This document shows, in pieces, positions 49,860-61,000 of a stretch of 64,000 nt of DNA (position 1 is the stretch's first letter; every line of letters starts with the position of its first letter). The notes below the pieces were generated by a model. The model was not told where the DNA came from, made no database searches, and saw nothing but the letters and a program-made list of their open reading frames with translations. Source of the DNA: Pseudomonadota bacterium (GTDB taxonomy: Bacteria; UBA10199; 2-02-FULL-44-16; DYJF01). The position numbers were made by a program, and so were the translations under genes. The stretch lies in the NCBI GenBank assembly GCA_043823065.1, contig JBDRBB010000006.1, forward strand, positions 32,001-96,000, written 5' to 3'.

Positions 49860-52388
49860 CTAGGTTTCTTGAGCTAAAATTCTTTCCATGGCCTTTAGTC
49901 CAGCAAAAACATCTGCACAATAATACACTTTTCCATTATAAACTTTTTGCAAAAGCATTTCAGTAGTTTGTCTGGTCAAAGCAGCTCCTCCCACCAAAAC
50001 TGGCAAATTATAACCTTGGTTTCTCATAACCTCTAAATCTTCTTGCATAGCTTGCACTGAGCTGACCAACAGTCCGGACAAACCAATTGCATCTGCCTGA
50101 TATTTCTGAACAGCTTCCAAAATAGCATTAACTGGTTGACGAATACCCAAGTTAATTACTTCATAACCATTATTAGAAAAAATAATATCCACCAAATTTT
50201 TACCAATATCATGCACATCTCCGCGCACTGTAGCTAAGACAATTTTACCTTTAGTTGATACTTGATCTTGTTCAAGCTGAGGGGTTAAAATATCAATGGC
50301 CGCTCGCATAACCTCTGCAGCTTGCAAAACAAAAGGCAACGGCATTTGCCCCTTAGCCATCAGCTCTCCAACTTGTTTCATGGCCGGCAAAAGCACTTCA
50401 TTGATCACGCTAGCAGCAGATTGCTGCTTGGTTAACTCTGTTAAGTGTGGCTCAAGATCTGTCTTATCCCCTTGCTTGATTTTTTCTTGTAATATTTCAA
50501 TGGGAGATAATTTTTCACGCTGGATTTTGGTTTGGTTTTGATCTGGATTATCCTTTTTATCATAAAACAAAACCAAATTAGTAAGAGGATCTCCTTGGCT
50601 GGCATCATTGTTCAAAAGGTTCTCTGCTAACCGTTTCTCCTGAGCAGAAATTTGTTCTAAAGAAATGATGCGCAAAGGATTAATAATAGCTGCATCTAGA
50701 CCAGCCTGCGTGGTCTGATGCAAAAAACAACTATTAATTATTTTTCGTGCCACCAAAGGAAGACCATAAGAAATATTACTAACTCCCAAAAGAATATTTA
50801 CTTGAGGAATTTCTTTTTTAAGTTTTGTAATAGCAGCTATAGTTTGCAAACTAGCATCTAAGAGCGTTTTGTCGCCACTAGCAACAGTAAAAGTTAATAA
50901 ATCAAACAACAAATCTGCAGTTGTTAAGTTGTAAGATAAAGCCAAGTCATGAAGCTTCTTAGCAATAGCTACTTTTTTTTCTGCAGTCTTGGCCATACCT
51001 TGTTCATCTATGGTTAGGCAAACCACTGCAGCACCATATTTACAAGCTAACTCTAAAATGCGCCTCGCTTTAATCCCCCCATCTTCCAAATTAATGGAAT
51101 TAATCAAACATCTACCTGGAGCTAAAGCAAGAGCTGCCTCAATTACTTCAGGCTTTAAGGAATCTATCATCAAAGGTGCATCAACGGTCTTAACTAATCG
51201 TGAAACCAATTCTTGCATATCCTTAATTTCATCTCTCTGAGCAGTAGCCACACAAATATCTAAAGCATGAGCACCCAAAGCAGCCTTCTTGGCAACTTGC
51301 ACCATGCCATCATAATTATCTTGAAGTAATAAATCGCGAAAATTTTTAGAACCATTAACATTGGTTTGTTCGGCAATGATAAAGGGGCGTGGTTCCTGTT
51401 CTAATGATACAGCGGAAAATAAACTGGAAGCATATGAGCGTATAGCGTACGGCGCACGGCGTACGGCGTCTTGTTTCTGAATATTTTGTAATGCTTTAAT
51501 ATACTCTGGATTTGTTCCACAGCAACCGCCAATTAAACTTATCCCAGTTTCGCTCATTAACTTGCCAACCTGAGCGGCAAATTCTTCTGGCCCTAAGCTA
51601 TAAGCAAGTTTTCCATCTATAGTTTCTGGTAAACCAGCATTTGGCTTGCATAAAAGCGGGCCTGACCAAACTTGAGCTAGAGCACGCAAATGTTCGCTCA
51701 TTTGGGCTGGCCCAGTGGCGCAATTAAGGCCAAAAGCTGCTGGTTTAAATGGAGCTAGACTGGCATAGGCAGCTATGATATCCGTACCCAAAAGCATTTT
51801 ACCATTGGCCTCGACCGTAAATGAAACCAACAAAGGAACTTGCTTGGCTTTTTGCAGCATTGCTTTCTGGCAAGCTGCAGCTGCGGCCTTAGCCTGCAAA
51901 GGGTCTTGGCTGGTAGTAATAATTAAAGCATCTACTTCCTGATCTAAAAAAATATTAACTTGTTGCAGATAAGCTTCAAAGAGCTCAGCAAAACTGATCT
52001 GGCCCAATGTTGGCAATTTGGATGTTGGGCCCAACTCACCTACAACAAATCTTGGTTTTTGAGCTGTATAAAATTTAGCCACAGCTGCTTTGGCAATTCT
52101 GACTGCAGCCAAATTTATCTCTGCTGCTTTGGCAGCTATATTGTGATCGCTTAAAGTAATTAAAGAAGCGCCAAAGGTATTGGTTAAAATTAAATCTGCA
52201 CCTGCTTTCAAATAAGCACAATGAATCTCTTCTATAATCTTGGGATTGGTTAAATTTAAGACTTCACTGCAAACTGGCAAACCCTGATAAGCTTCAGGCC
52301 CTAGATTAGCAGCTTGAATCATGGTACCCATACCACCATCCAAAAGCAAAGTTTGCTTAGCAATTAATGTAAGAATCTGATCTATCAT
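49860..52388 (-). CDS. metH: Cobalamin-dependent methionine synthase, catalytic part (Hcy, folate, cap and B12 domains)
   Basis: DGGMGT, GLNC, PNAGLP, GGCCGT, NSINLEDG, GVSN.S.G, GDVHDIGKN, SGLL; ends before the activation domain. Confidence 0.9.
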   Translation of the reverse strand: MIDQILTLIAKQTLLLDGGMGTMIQAANLGPEAYQGLPVCSEVLNLTNPKIIEEIHCAYLKAGADLILTNTFGASLITLSDHNIAAKAAEINLAAVRIAKAAVAKFYTAQKPRFVVGELGPTSKLPTLGQISFAELFEAYLQQVNIFLDQEVDALIITTSQDPLQAKAAAAACQKAMLQKAKQVPLLVSFTVEANGKMLLGTDIIAAYASLAPFKPAAFGLNCATGPAQMSEHLRALAQVWSGPLLCKPNAGLPETIDGKLAYSLGPEEFAAQVGKLMSETGISLIGGCCGTNPEYIKALQNIQKQDAVRRAPYAIRSYASSLFSAVSLEQEPRPFIIAEQTNVNGSKNFRDLLLQDNYDGMVQVAKKAALGAHALDICVATAQRDEIKDMQELVSRLVKTVDAPLMIDSLKPEVIEAALALAPGRCLINSINLEDGGIKARRILELACKYGAAVVCLTIDEQGMAKTAEKKVAIAKKLHDLALSYNLTTADLLFDLLTFTVASGDKTLLDASLQTIAAITKLKKEIPQVNILLGVSNISYGLPLVARKIINSCFLHQTTQAGLDAAIINPLRIISLEQISAQEKRLAENLLNNDASQGDPLTNLVLFYDKKDNPDQNQTKIQREKLSPIEILQEKIKQGDKTDLEPHLTELTKQQSAASVINEVLLPAMKQVGELMAKGQMPLPFVLQAAEVMRAAIDILTPQLEQDQVSTKGKIVLATVRGDVHDIGKNLVDIIFSNNGYEVINLGIRQPVNAILEAVQKYQADAIGLSGLLVSSVQAMQEDLEVMRNQGYNLPVLVGGAALTRQTTEMLLQKVYNGKVYYCADVFAGLKAMERILAQET

Positions 52389-52416
52389 AAGAATGATAGA
52401 TGTAACATTAAAACTA

Positions 52417-53364
52417 CTATTGGTGCAAGGTCTTACGAGCAATAAAATAAAGTAAGAAAAATGGGGGCAGGCCTAAAACTAAAGGCCAGGGAAAGTGTTG
52501 GGTTGGATTAATTAAGCTACAACCACCGCTGCCTTGTTCAGCCTCATAATCAATGCCGCCGGAAAAAACCGGGTTGCCAGCTATCGAAGTATTGATATCA
52601 CAAGCATCGCCAATATTATCTTGATCGCTATCAATTTGCTCGAAATTTGGAATAAACTGACAGTTGTCACAAACATCGCCAAATTCATCCAGATCCATAT
52701 CTTCCTGATTGGGGTTAGGATTAACTGGGCAGTTATCAGCGCCGTCTACAATACCATCACCGTCAAAATCATTAGCACAAGCATCGCCTACTCCATCATG
52801 GTCAGTATCAAATTGATCTGGATTGGCAACTAAGCGACAATTATCACAGGCATCTCCTAGACCATCAAAGTCTTCATCAATCTGGGGCGTATTATAAACA
52901 TCAATACAATTATCAACGCGATTTACCTCGTTATCATCAGCTCGGTCATAAAACCCGTCATGATCGCGATCGGTGCAGGCTTCGCCAACTTCATCTTCAT
53001 CATCCGCACGGTCATATTGGTCAGCATTAGCTACGCTTGGACAATTATCTTGTGCGTCAATTACACCATCTCCATCAATATCATCGCAATCATCACCTTC
53101 ACCATCTTGATCCATATCTGCTTGAAAACCAGCTACATCTAAATCACAATAATCTGCCAGGCCATCAGCATTATTATCAATGGTGCAATCGCCGTTTTTC
53201 ACAAAAGGGCAGTTATCTGATCTGTCTGCAATATTATCACAATCCAAATCAAAATATTCCACACCGCCGATTGCAATGGTACAATCTTCATCTGGATCAG
53301 CCAAAACTTGGGTGGAAAAAAACAAAACAGACAGGATTGTAAGCCAGGCCAAGAGTTTTCTCAT
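52417..53364 (-). CDS. Thrombospondin type-3 repeat Ca-binding surface protein with Cys-containing C-terminal sorting signal
   Basis: Signal peptide; many DNC....N..Q.D.D.D..GDACD repeats; GSGGCSL + TM + basic tail. Confidence 0.85.
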   Translation of the reverse strand: MRKLLAWLTILSVLFFSTQVLADPDEDCTIAIGGVEYFDLDCDNIADRSDNCPFVKNGDCTIDNNADGLADYCDLDVAGFQADMDQDGEGDDCDDIDGDGVIDAQDNCPSVANADQYDRADDEDEVGEACTDRDHDGFYDRADDNEVNRVDNCIDVYNTPQIDEDFDGLGDACDNCRLVANPDQFDTDHDGVGDACANDFDGDGIVDGADNCPVNPNPNQEDMDLDEFGDVCDNCQFIPNFEQIDSDQDNIGDACDINTSIAGNPVFSGGIDYEAEQGSGGCSLINPTQHFPWPLVLGLPPFFLLYFIARKTLHQ

Positions 53365-53407
53365 ATGTGGATTTCCTAGCATACCTTTTGGCAAAAAGGG
53401 AATAAAA

Positions 53408-54349
53408 TTATTTTCTTCTTCTAAAACTAATTAAAGCTAATCCCATTAAAGCCAGCATGGCCAAGCCAAACCAGCTAGTAGGACTATTTCCAAGAACCAT
53501 TAAACTACAGCTTTCACCACTTTGGTTATAATAACTACTATTCAAAAGATCTTGGTTTTGGTTTTGAGACTGATTAATATTTTCACAAGCCGGCCCACTA
53601 CATCTGGCATCACAAGCATCGCCAAAACCATCACCATCTGTATCTAATTGGTCTTCATTAGCCCGGCGCCAGCAATTATCATCATCATCAATTATTCCAT
53701 CTTTATCAAAATCTGATTCACAGACATCACCTATTCCATCACCATCTTTATCTAATTGATCTGGATTAGAAACGTATTTGCAATTATCACAAGCATCACC
53801 GATACCATCTTCATCGCTATCTTGCTGGCGAGAATTGTAAATTGATGGGCAATTATCAACTGCATCATCAGCACCGTCCATATCAGCATCGGTGCAAGCA
53901 TCACCATCTCCATCACTATTGAAATCTGCTTGTTCGGGATTATAATCTTCAGGACAATTATCTACAGCATTAGCAATTTCATCGCCGTCAGCATCATCGT
54001 CGCACAAATCGCCGATTCCATCAGCATCTGTATCTTTTTGATCTCGATTGGCAAGCAGGGGACAATTGTCTATTTCATCTAAAATACCGTCACGATCATC
54101 ATCATTATCGCAAACATCACCTTGACCGTCATGATCAGTGTCTAATTGATCTGCATTGGCAACGGTCTGACAATTATCCTCGCCATTAACAATGCCATCA
54201 CAATCTAAATCTAGGGTTCGGTTCATACAAGGAAGAACAACTCTGATATCAGCAATATCCGAGATGGTTGGTGGAGCAGCAAACAAGTTAGAAACCAAAA
54301 CTATGGGTAAAATAATTAGCACCAGAAATACAAATATAAGTTTTTTCAT
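53408..54349 (-). CDS. Thrombospondin type-3 repeat surface protein with MYXO-CTERM-like tail
   Basis: Signal peptide; TSP3 repeats; SGESCSL...[21 protein letters not shown]. Confidence 0.85.
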   Translation of the reverse strand: MKKLIFVFLVLIILPIVLVSNLFAAPPTISDIADIRVVLPCMNRTLDLDCDGIVNGEDNCQTVANADQLDTDHDGQGDVCDNDDDRDGILDEIDNCPLLANRDQKDTDADGIGDLCDDDADGDEIANAVDNCPEDYNPEQADFNSDGDGDACTDADMDGADDAVDNCPSIYNSRQQDSDEDGIGDACDNCKYVSNPDQLDKDGDGIGDVCESDFDKDGIIDDDDNCWRRANEDQLDTDGDGFGDACDARCSGPACENINQSQNQNQDLLNSSYYNQSGESCSLMVLGNSPTSWFGLAMLALMGLALISFRRRK

Positions 54350-54400
54350 GAAAAATCTCCTAAGTAGATTTTTCTCCCCCTGATTTAATTTCTATTAATA

Positions 54401-54427
54401 TTATCGGTAGGAATTGAAAAAAGTTGC
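54401..54427 (-). promoter_or_regulatory. Shared motif GCAACTTTTT-N11-CGATAA, copy 1
   Basis: Minus strand GCAACTTTTTTCAATTCCTACCGATAA upstream of the 54349 start. Confidence 0.55.
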
Positions 54428-54460
54428 TAAAAAAAGTGGTAAAACCACTTTTTTTAGCAA
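54424..54460. terminator. Perfect inverted repeat / possible terminator
   Basis: TTGCTAAAAAAAGTGGT-AAA-ACCACTTTTTTTAGCAA. Confidence 0.55.
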
Positions 54461-54511
54461 TCCTGAGTGCGTAAGCACGAAGGATCTCCTTGGTACCCAC
54501 AACATCTTAAT

Positions 54512-57500
54512 TTAATTAGCTTTATTAAGCTCAAAAGTTCGCTTTTCGCCACCAAAGTGCAACATTTGAGTGAGCCAAGCCTGCAAATCAATGGTTATAG
54601 CATCTAGATTGGAATTAAACCTAAGCTGTAATCCGTTTTCAGTAAAACTAATCTTCTGTAAACCAAAGAAATCAAACTGCTCAGCTTCAGGGGAAAATAA
54701 CTCAATATCTTTAGGAATAGTAATCTTAAACGCCTTTTCTGGATCAGAAAACATATTTAAGGCAATTTGAGCCTTTTCATATAGCGAAGAAATAATAGCT
54801 GGGCTAGGTACTGTAGTAGTGTTGGTTCCAGGAATTGGAGATATCACTAATCTAGTACGATTGCCTAACGGTCGAATTTTTAGTTGAAATTCCTCAGAAG
54901 TATCAACTTCAGCAGCTAGTAAAATTGCTAATTCAAAACTGGCAATTTGACCTTGCCAAGGATCTGCTACATCTGGTCGCAAGGAATGAATCACAGGCTT
55001 ACCTTCTTCATCCAATAAAATTGGTAGATTTCCAAATTGATCTGGCTGCTGATCTTCAGCAACTTCTAGAGCATAAAAAGAAACGCGCAAACCACCTATT
55101 TGAAAATCTAAAAGATTGTCGCTTAGGCTAGCGCTGGAAGACTCTTCTTCACTGGAAATAAGCGGAGGGATTTCTTCTGGAGTAACTAAAGCAAGATGTG
55201 GAGCCAAAACCCGGCTACCCTGGATACGCATCAACACTGGTTGGTTGGGAGGAAAATATCCATAGGTAGTTAAAGACGCGCCCAACAGATCTGAAACTGT
55301 TGGTCGAATTAAACATAAAGAAGAAGTTTCCAAATCTTCGTGGACGACATCGCATTCTTCCACAAAATCAAAACCAAGTTGTTTAAAGAAAGGTTCGGAA
55401 AGTTTAATGTCAACCAGACCTGTATATTCATCGGAACCTTCAACGCCTATTGCGCTAGCTATAAAAAGCAGGTGATTGATGGCATCGGCAGTTAGGGCCA
55501 GCCGCAGAGTTTTGTCATGAAGTTCTACAGATTCAAAGACCCGGTCCTTTGTTGCTGAAATAACACCCACACTTGGAATTTGCAGCTCAATTGGCAAATC
55601 AGCAAAAACTTCTTGGTCACCAACTATTAAGCCAGCATCAAAAAGCATTCCATTGCTATTTAACAAGAGACCAATTCCTGACTCATTAGCTAAATTAACT
55701 CCTAAAGGAATATTATAATTACCTAAAATATCGCCACCTGAAAATGAAAGTTTATGTTTAAAACCATTTTTCGCAAATTGAGTTAAAAACTTAGAACCAG
55801 TGCAATACAAGGTGGAGTTAATCGCATCTAAAACTGCCTCGCTAATTAAACCTGTTTGATTATCCAGCTCATTAAAGGAATGACAGAGATCTTGGACTTC
55901 TTCTGAAACATCAAACCCAGCGGTATCGCATTTTACAAAAAATCCATAATTGGTGGCATTACCCACAAAATTCTGAGGGATCAAAGAAGCTGGAGTGCCT
56001 TTGCAATATTTTTCTTTTTTAAAATCGCAATCAGTGTAATTACTACTTAATAGAATCAGGCCCTGTTCTTGGTTTACTTGTAACTTTACGTTAATAGAAG
56101 CTTCTCTGAATGAGATCCTAAGGGGAATTGGTCCTAGAACTGTTTTTCCTTCAGCATCTTGTTTAATTAGCCCAATGACAAATGACAAATTCTCAAAAGA
56201 TAGAACAAGATCTAAAGCATCTTTGGCAAAAGAAACTTGTTCAATACTTGCTGAACCCACTCCAGGCTCACCTAAAAGAGTAAAAGTAAAATCTTGAAAA
56301 GTTGATTTACCACCGCATTGAGGGATGCTCACCGCAACTTCTTCTGGAGATTCATTAGCCTCTTCTGGCGTGCTTGATTTTTTACCTAAATCATCTGTTA
56401 ACTTACCAATAAAAACTTGAAACTCGTCTGAACTTAAATAATTAGAGAGAAAGGGGGCTAAAATATTTTTTATAGTTTTAGAAGCTAAAATTAATTGTAA
56501 ACCTGAAGCAGAAATCAAACCATCTTTGATCTCATTATTGCTATTAAACGGTGATTTAACCTTACCCCAACCAAAAACCCAGGCTTGAGAAAAATTATTT
56601 TCCTTATAATCAACAGTGACAATATTTATTCCCTGCTGGGGAGCTAATTCAGTCTCATACAACCCAGTTGAGTTGAGACAAATCTCTTGCAGTTGATTTC
56701 TATTAAAAGCAACCTCAACACATGCTTCATTTGGAATACCATTCACTCTAAACTGAAAAGGTATAATCTCTGGATAATCTTCTTGAGTATAAATTGGAAG
56801 TGACTCAGCTGGACTAATAATATCTAAACCTGGCGTTGCTCCTGAGCCTTGAAACTTAATCCTTGATAATGTTGGACATGCACCTTGAGCTATAGCTGGA
56901 TTGCAGGCAGTAATAGTTAATTCATTGTTGCCAGCAATAACTGGCACACCTATTTCAAAATTTCCCTGACCTCCTTGCTCCACCCTGCTTTGACAAGAAA
57001 TACTGCTGACGTTGCCATTTGTATCTCTCATATTGTTTTCCACAGTAACCGTAACAGCATGAGTTGAGGCACCAATAAAATCGCAATTTTGGCAATCTTT
57101 CAAAAGGGAAACTGCCACGTTAACATGAGAGCTATCAATCAATTCTTGATTTCTTAGATCAGGCTCAAAAGAAACTTGATCTGCATCCATGGTAAACGCT
57201 TTGACCTTACTAGTCTTTCCAGAAACAGTTTCAGAACTGCCGGAAAAACGACTGGCGCTAACTGAAATAGTATAAGGACCAAATTTAGCCAAAGGCAGAC
57301 GTGCTGCGAAATAACCTTCTTCACTTAGACAAAAAGGTTTATTTTCTAAATTACTTTCCCAGCAATTTGCAGCGCTCCAATCACTAGTATCGATATTTTG
57401 CGTCTCTTTAGTATATTCATTTTGTACAGCAATGCTGATGCTGGCAGGAGTTGCCTCAGCCCTGTTTAAAGTTCCCTTAATAATTATAAAATCTTCTTTT

Positions 57501-57799
57501 ACTCCTGGCTCAGGAGTATTCAGACATAGAAACCCAGCATCTGGTTTACAAATGATGGCGGAAGGTTGTCTGGGAACAAGGCATTTTCCAGACTCACCCA
57601 CAACAGTAGATAAAACTTCTACCTCATCAGATTCATCAGTATCTTCAGGATTATCAGGTTCAACCGGTTGTGGATCTTCTTTTGTTGAAGCTACGCTTCT
57701 TGCTTGCCACCAATTTGTTACATCATCTAACAACCCAGCTTGGGCTTGAGGAATAATTAGAACAAGGCTTAAAATAAGGAATAAATAGATTTTTTTCAT
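54512..57799 (-). CDS. Large secreted Cys-containing hypothetical protein (~1095 aa)
   Basis: MKKIYLF..AQA signal peptide; Ig-like N-terminal half (G.N.LTITA, QQGINIVTV). Confidence 0.8.
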   Translation of the reverse strand: MKKIYLFLILSLVLIIPQAQAGLLDDVTNWWQARSVASTKEDPQPVEPDNPEDTDESDEVEVLSTVVGESGKCLVPRQPSAIICKPDAGFLCLNTPEPGVKEDFIIIKGTLNRAEATPASISIAVQNEYTKETQNIDTSDWSAANCWESNLENKPFCLSEEGYFAARLPLAKFGPYTISVSASRFSGSSETVSGKTSKVKAFTMDADQVSFEPDLRNQELIDSSHVNVAVSLLKDCQNCDFIGASTHAVTVTVENNMRDTNGNVSSISCQSRVEQGGQGNFEIGVPVIAGNNELTITACNPAIAQGACPTLSRIKFQGSGATPGLDIISPAESLPIYTQEDYPEIIPFQFRVNGIPNEACVEVAFNRNQLQEICLNSTGLYETELAPQQGINIVTVDYKENNFSQAWVFGWGKVKSPFNSNNEIKDGLISASGLQLILASKTIKNILAPFLSNYLSSDEFQVFIGKLTDDLGKKSSTPEEANESPEEVAVSIPQCGGKSTFQDFTFTLLGEPGVGSASIEQVSFAKDALDLVLSFENLSFVIGLIKQDAEGKTVLGPIPLRISFREASINVKLQVNQEQGLILLSSNYTDCDFKKEKYCKGTPASLIPQNFVGNATNYGFFVKCDTAGFDVSEEVQDLCHSFNELDNQTGLISEAVLDAINSTLYCTGSKFLTQFAKNGFKHKLSFSGGDILGNYNIPLGVNLANESGIGLLLNSNGMLFDAGLIVGDQEVFADLPIELQIPSVGVISATKDRVFESVELHDKTLRLALTADAINHLLFIASAIGVEGSDEYTGLVDIKLSEPFFKQLGFDFVEECDVVHEDLETSSLCLIRPTVSDLLGASLTTYGYFPPNQPVLMRIQGSRVLAPHLALVTPEEIPPLISSEEESSSASLSDNLLDFQIGGLRVSFYALEVAEDQQPDQFGNLPILLDEEGKPVIHSLRPDVADPWQGQIASFELAILLAAEVDTSEEFQLKIRPLGNRTRLVISPIPGTNTTTVPSPAIISSLYEKAQIALNMFSDPEKAFKITIPKDIELFSPEAEQFDFFGLQKISFTENGLQLRFNSNLDAITIDLQAWLTQMLHFGGEKRTFELNKAN

Positions 57800-57809
57800 A
57801 AGTATTTCC

Positions 57810-57836
57810 TTTTCGCCTAAAAAACAAAAAAGTTGC
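57810..57836 (-). promoter_or_regulatory. Shared motif, copy 2
   Basis: Minus strand GCAACTTTTTTGTTTTTTAGGCGAAAA, ending 10 nt before ATG 57799. Confidence 0.55.
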
Positions 57837-57963
57837 GTAAAAAAACAGACATCCTGCACCTTATACCTTATACCCCACATGAAAAGCCGCGTTATGTCAT
57901 ATTTTGCTGCATATGGCTGTCACGCTGCACCTTGTGGTTAATAATGAAAAACATATTTTATAG

Positions 57964-57990
57964 GCAACTTTTTCTTAGAAATGACGATAA
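57964..57990 (+). promoter_or_regulatory. Shared motif, copy 3
   Basis: GCAACTTTTTCTTAGAAATGACGATAA, ending 10 nt before ATG 58001. Confidence 0.55.
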
Positions 57991-58000
57991 GAGAATACTA

Positions 58001-61000
58001 ATGAATATTAAGCTTATAAAATATATTTTTATACTCCTGCTGGTTATATTGTCTTTTAACGCTTGCAGCGGCGAAGATTACACACCAGTTTACTTCCCTC
58101 CCCAACAAGATTTACCAGAACAAGATCAGGTAATTAATGAAGGGGTTGGTGTTGATTGTTCAATATCATTTACTTCTCAGCTTTGCATAAAAATTGCTGG
58201 AGCAGTTGAAGCTGGCTTGGACCCAGAAGATCCACTTTGTGCAGAGATTGATCCTTTCCCAATCCATATTTCTGGAACTGAAGTAAGCATGATTGGTTCT
58301 GAGTTTCCAGACACCACCGTTAATATTGAGGGGTTACCTGAAATCACCCTAAATGGCAAAGGCAATACCACTGGTGATTCCAACATAGGCCAAGGAGAAA
58401 TTGACAGTTCTGGCAACATTACGATTGAAGGATTTAAATTCTATATTGAAGCCTTAGGTTTTGTTGGTGAAGTTCCAGATATCACCTTAACCACAGCATC
58501 CAGCCCAGAGCTTCCAGACTTACCTGCTGAACAAGGAAGTCCTCCTGATGTAAGCGGAGCCATGACCTTAGTTGGAGGTACCATTGTGGGTCATCTTTTT
58601 GATGGAGCAGAAGCCTTAGAAGGAGCTTCTCTGCAAGTTAGATTTCATGGGGCAATTTCACCTACTTTAGACGAATGTAGCCAAGATTCAGGGCCAGCAA
58701 GTATTGAAATCAAAAAAATATTTGTGGATCAAGAAGGCAAGCGTTCTGAAATTCCTCTGCCCGAGGGCAAGAGATTGGAAATTTCTTCAGGAACTTTTAT
58801 TGCTCAAGATAAATATGATATTGGGCCTCATTTTGAGACTACTGCAAAATTTTCCATTCAAAATATTAGTTCTAAATCAATAGCCATTCAGGTTCCATCT
58901 AAAGTAGGTCCTTTTATAATAACTTCTTATGATAATTTAGCTACTAATCTGTCGCCCCAGCAAATAATAAATATAACTATTACTTTTCGTCCTAATTATT
59001 CAGAACAAGATGACCTTGAACCTGGGGAAGTTATCTATCCACTTATAATTGGCACTGAATCTTTTAAATTGATTGGGGTTGCTCTAGATAAAGATGGTTT
59101 GGCTACAATCTCGCGCATTACTGAAGACGGAGAGCTGAGTGCCCCAGATATTGATGAATTAGAATTAGGTAATTTGGAGTTGCCTGCCAATTCGGAAAAA
59201 GCTTACTTTAAATGTGAAACCATAGAATGTGGTGAAGCAAGCTCTTGGGCCAATTGTACACCCTGTGCTGAAGATAATTATTCTGGCTGTGAACTATTGC
59301 CCATAACAACTACTGGCAAACCATATGGCGAAGTTAATGAATCCTGCGAATTAATTGAAAAGGACGCCACACCCCAGATGGCTATTGATCTACGAACATC
59401 TTCGGAAGTGCGCGCCAACAAAGAAATTATTGTAATCCAAAATCACGGCGCCCTTGATTTAACCGTACAACAAGTTACTTTATCAGAAGCACCAAATTCT
59501 CAATCTATAAACCAATTTTCAATCCAACAAAATGCTTTTTATTTAGCTGAAAACTTTGCTGACGTTGTTGATACTGACCCAGTTTCTTTTCCAATCACTC
59601 TTCCACCCTATCAGCCAGGTTTTCAAGAATTATCGCTTTTTATTGTTGTTACGTATTCGCCAACAGATTTAATTGGTTATGATGGCGTACGCGCCGGCAT
59701 TGGCAGCGCAGCTCTTGATAAAGCATTTTTAAAAGTAACGACCAGTTCGCAAGACTTAAAAATCGAGGTTAAAGGTAAAACCGCAATTAAAGAAATTCCT
59801 GCTTTAGAACTTTATTTTAAAACCTCCACAGGACCAAAACAAATTGCTAATGGAGAAACATTTTCGTTTAAAGATGTTACTGCAGAAACCATTGATAACG
59901 CAGTTCCTTTATTCCTAAAACTTTCAGACACTGAATCACGCGGTATGCGCGTTGTTTCCATAAGAATTGAAGGTGAAGACGCCCAATTTTTTGAATGGTT
60001 GGATACTGCGGAAAAAATTAATGCAATCAGTCCTCCTACTGGGCAGGGTAAGCGCTGTTCTATTCCAATCATTGATCCAACAACAGGCAACATGACCAGA
60101 GAAATTTTTGATTTAAATCCTGTTTCACTTGGTTCCAGAGGTTTTGATTTGCAGCCTGGAGTTCATACTTTAGAAACCATGCCTTTGTTTGGCTGTGTAA
60201 ATTATCACGCCAATCCTATTGACAAGACTTTTTTTGAAGCTGATTTGGTGGTTACTGCCCAAAAACTTGATGTCACGGGTAATCCAGAGCGCAATCCTGA
60301 TGGCACCTATTTGGAATCTGAACTCAAAGTTAAATTAGCAGCAGCTGTTAACCCCATTACCGGCCAAGTAGTATTACGCATTACCCAAACCAGCGCCACA
60401 ATCTTAAATCCTCAAATGCCTGGAATTTCGGCAATTGCTGCTCAAGAGGAAAACTTGGCTCGCGGATTTGAAAATGAAGACGTGGTATTTTTTGCTTCTT
60501 TAATCTTGGATCCATTTGATGAAGAAACCATCTATGACTCTACCGGCCAGAAAATTATTTCCACACCAAATGATAATGTCACTGCTGTGCTTAAAGCAAT
60601 TCACGGTCATCCTGTTAATCAGACTTATAATGATCCCTTGCTATTTGATTATGTCACTTTGATCCACGACAATACTCTTGAAGAAGGCATGCGCGGTATA
60701 TTTGATGGATATCCTGAAGATAGTTTACCTGAAAATCTTAGAATCGGTGGCTGGCGAATTTTTACTTCTACTTTCTCTTATCCAGGGCCAGTGCCTCCAG
60801 AGGGTGTTCCCGTTCCACAAAAAGTTTCTGATTGCGAGGTAATCAATCCTTGCAGCGAAGAAGGATTTAGAAAATTTACTGACGATGGAGTAGGACCTGA
60901 CCATAAAGGCGCTTGCGCTTTCTTTTACGCTTCAGGCGGTCGCTATGACAGCCCAGCTTTTCACCCCCAAGGCACACCTTTATTAAATGATGCTGAAGGC

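Noticed and set aside
52500..54220. GATCATC-like nucleotide periodicity
   Set aside because: Explained by Asp-rich TSP3 protein repeats
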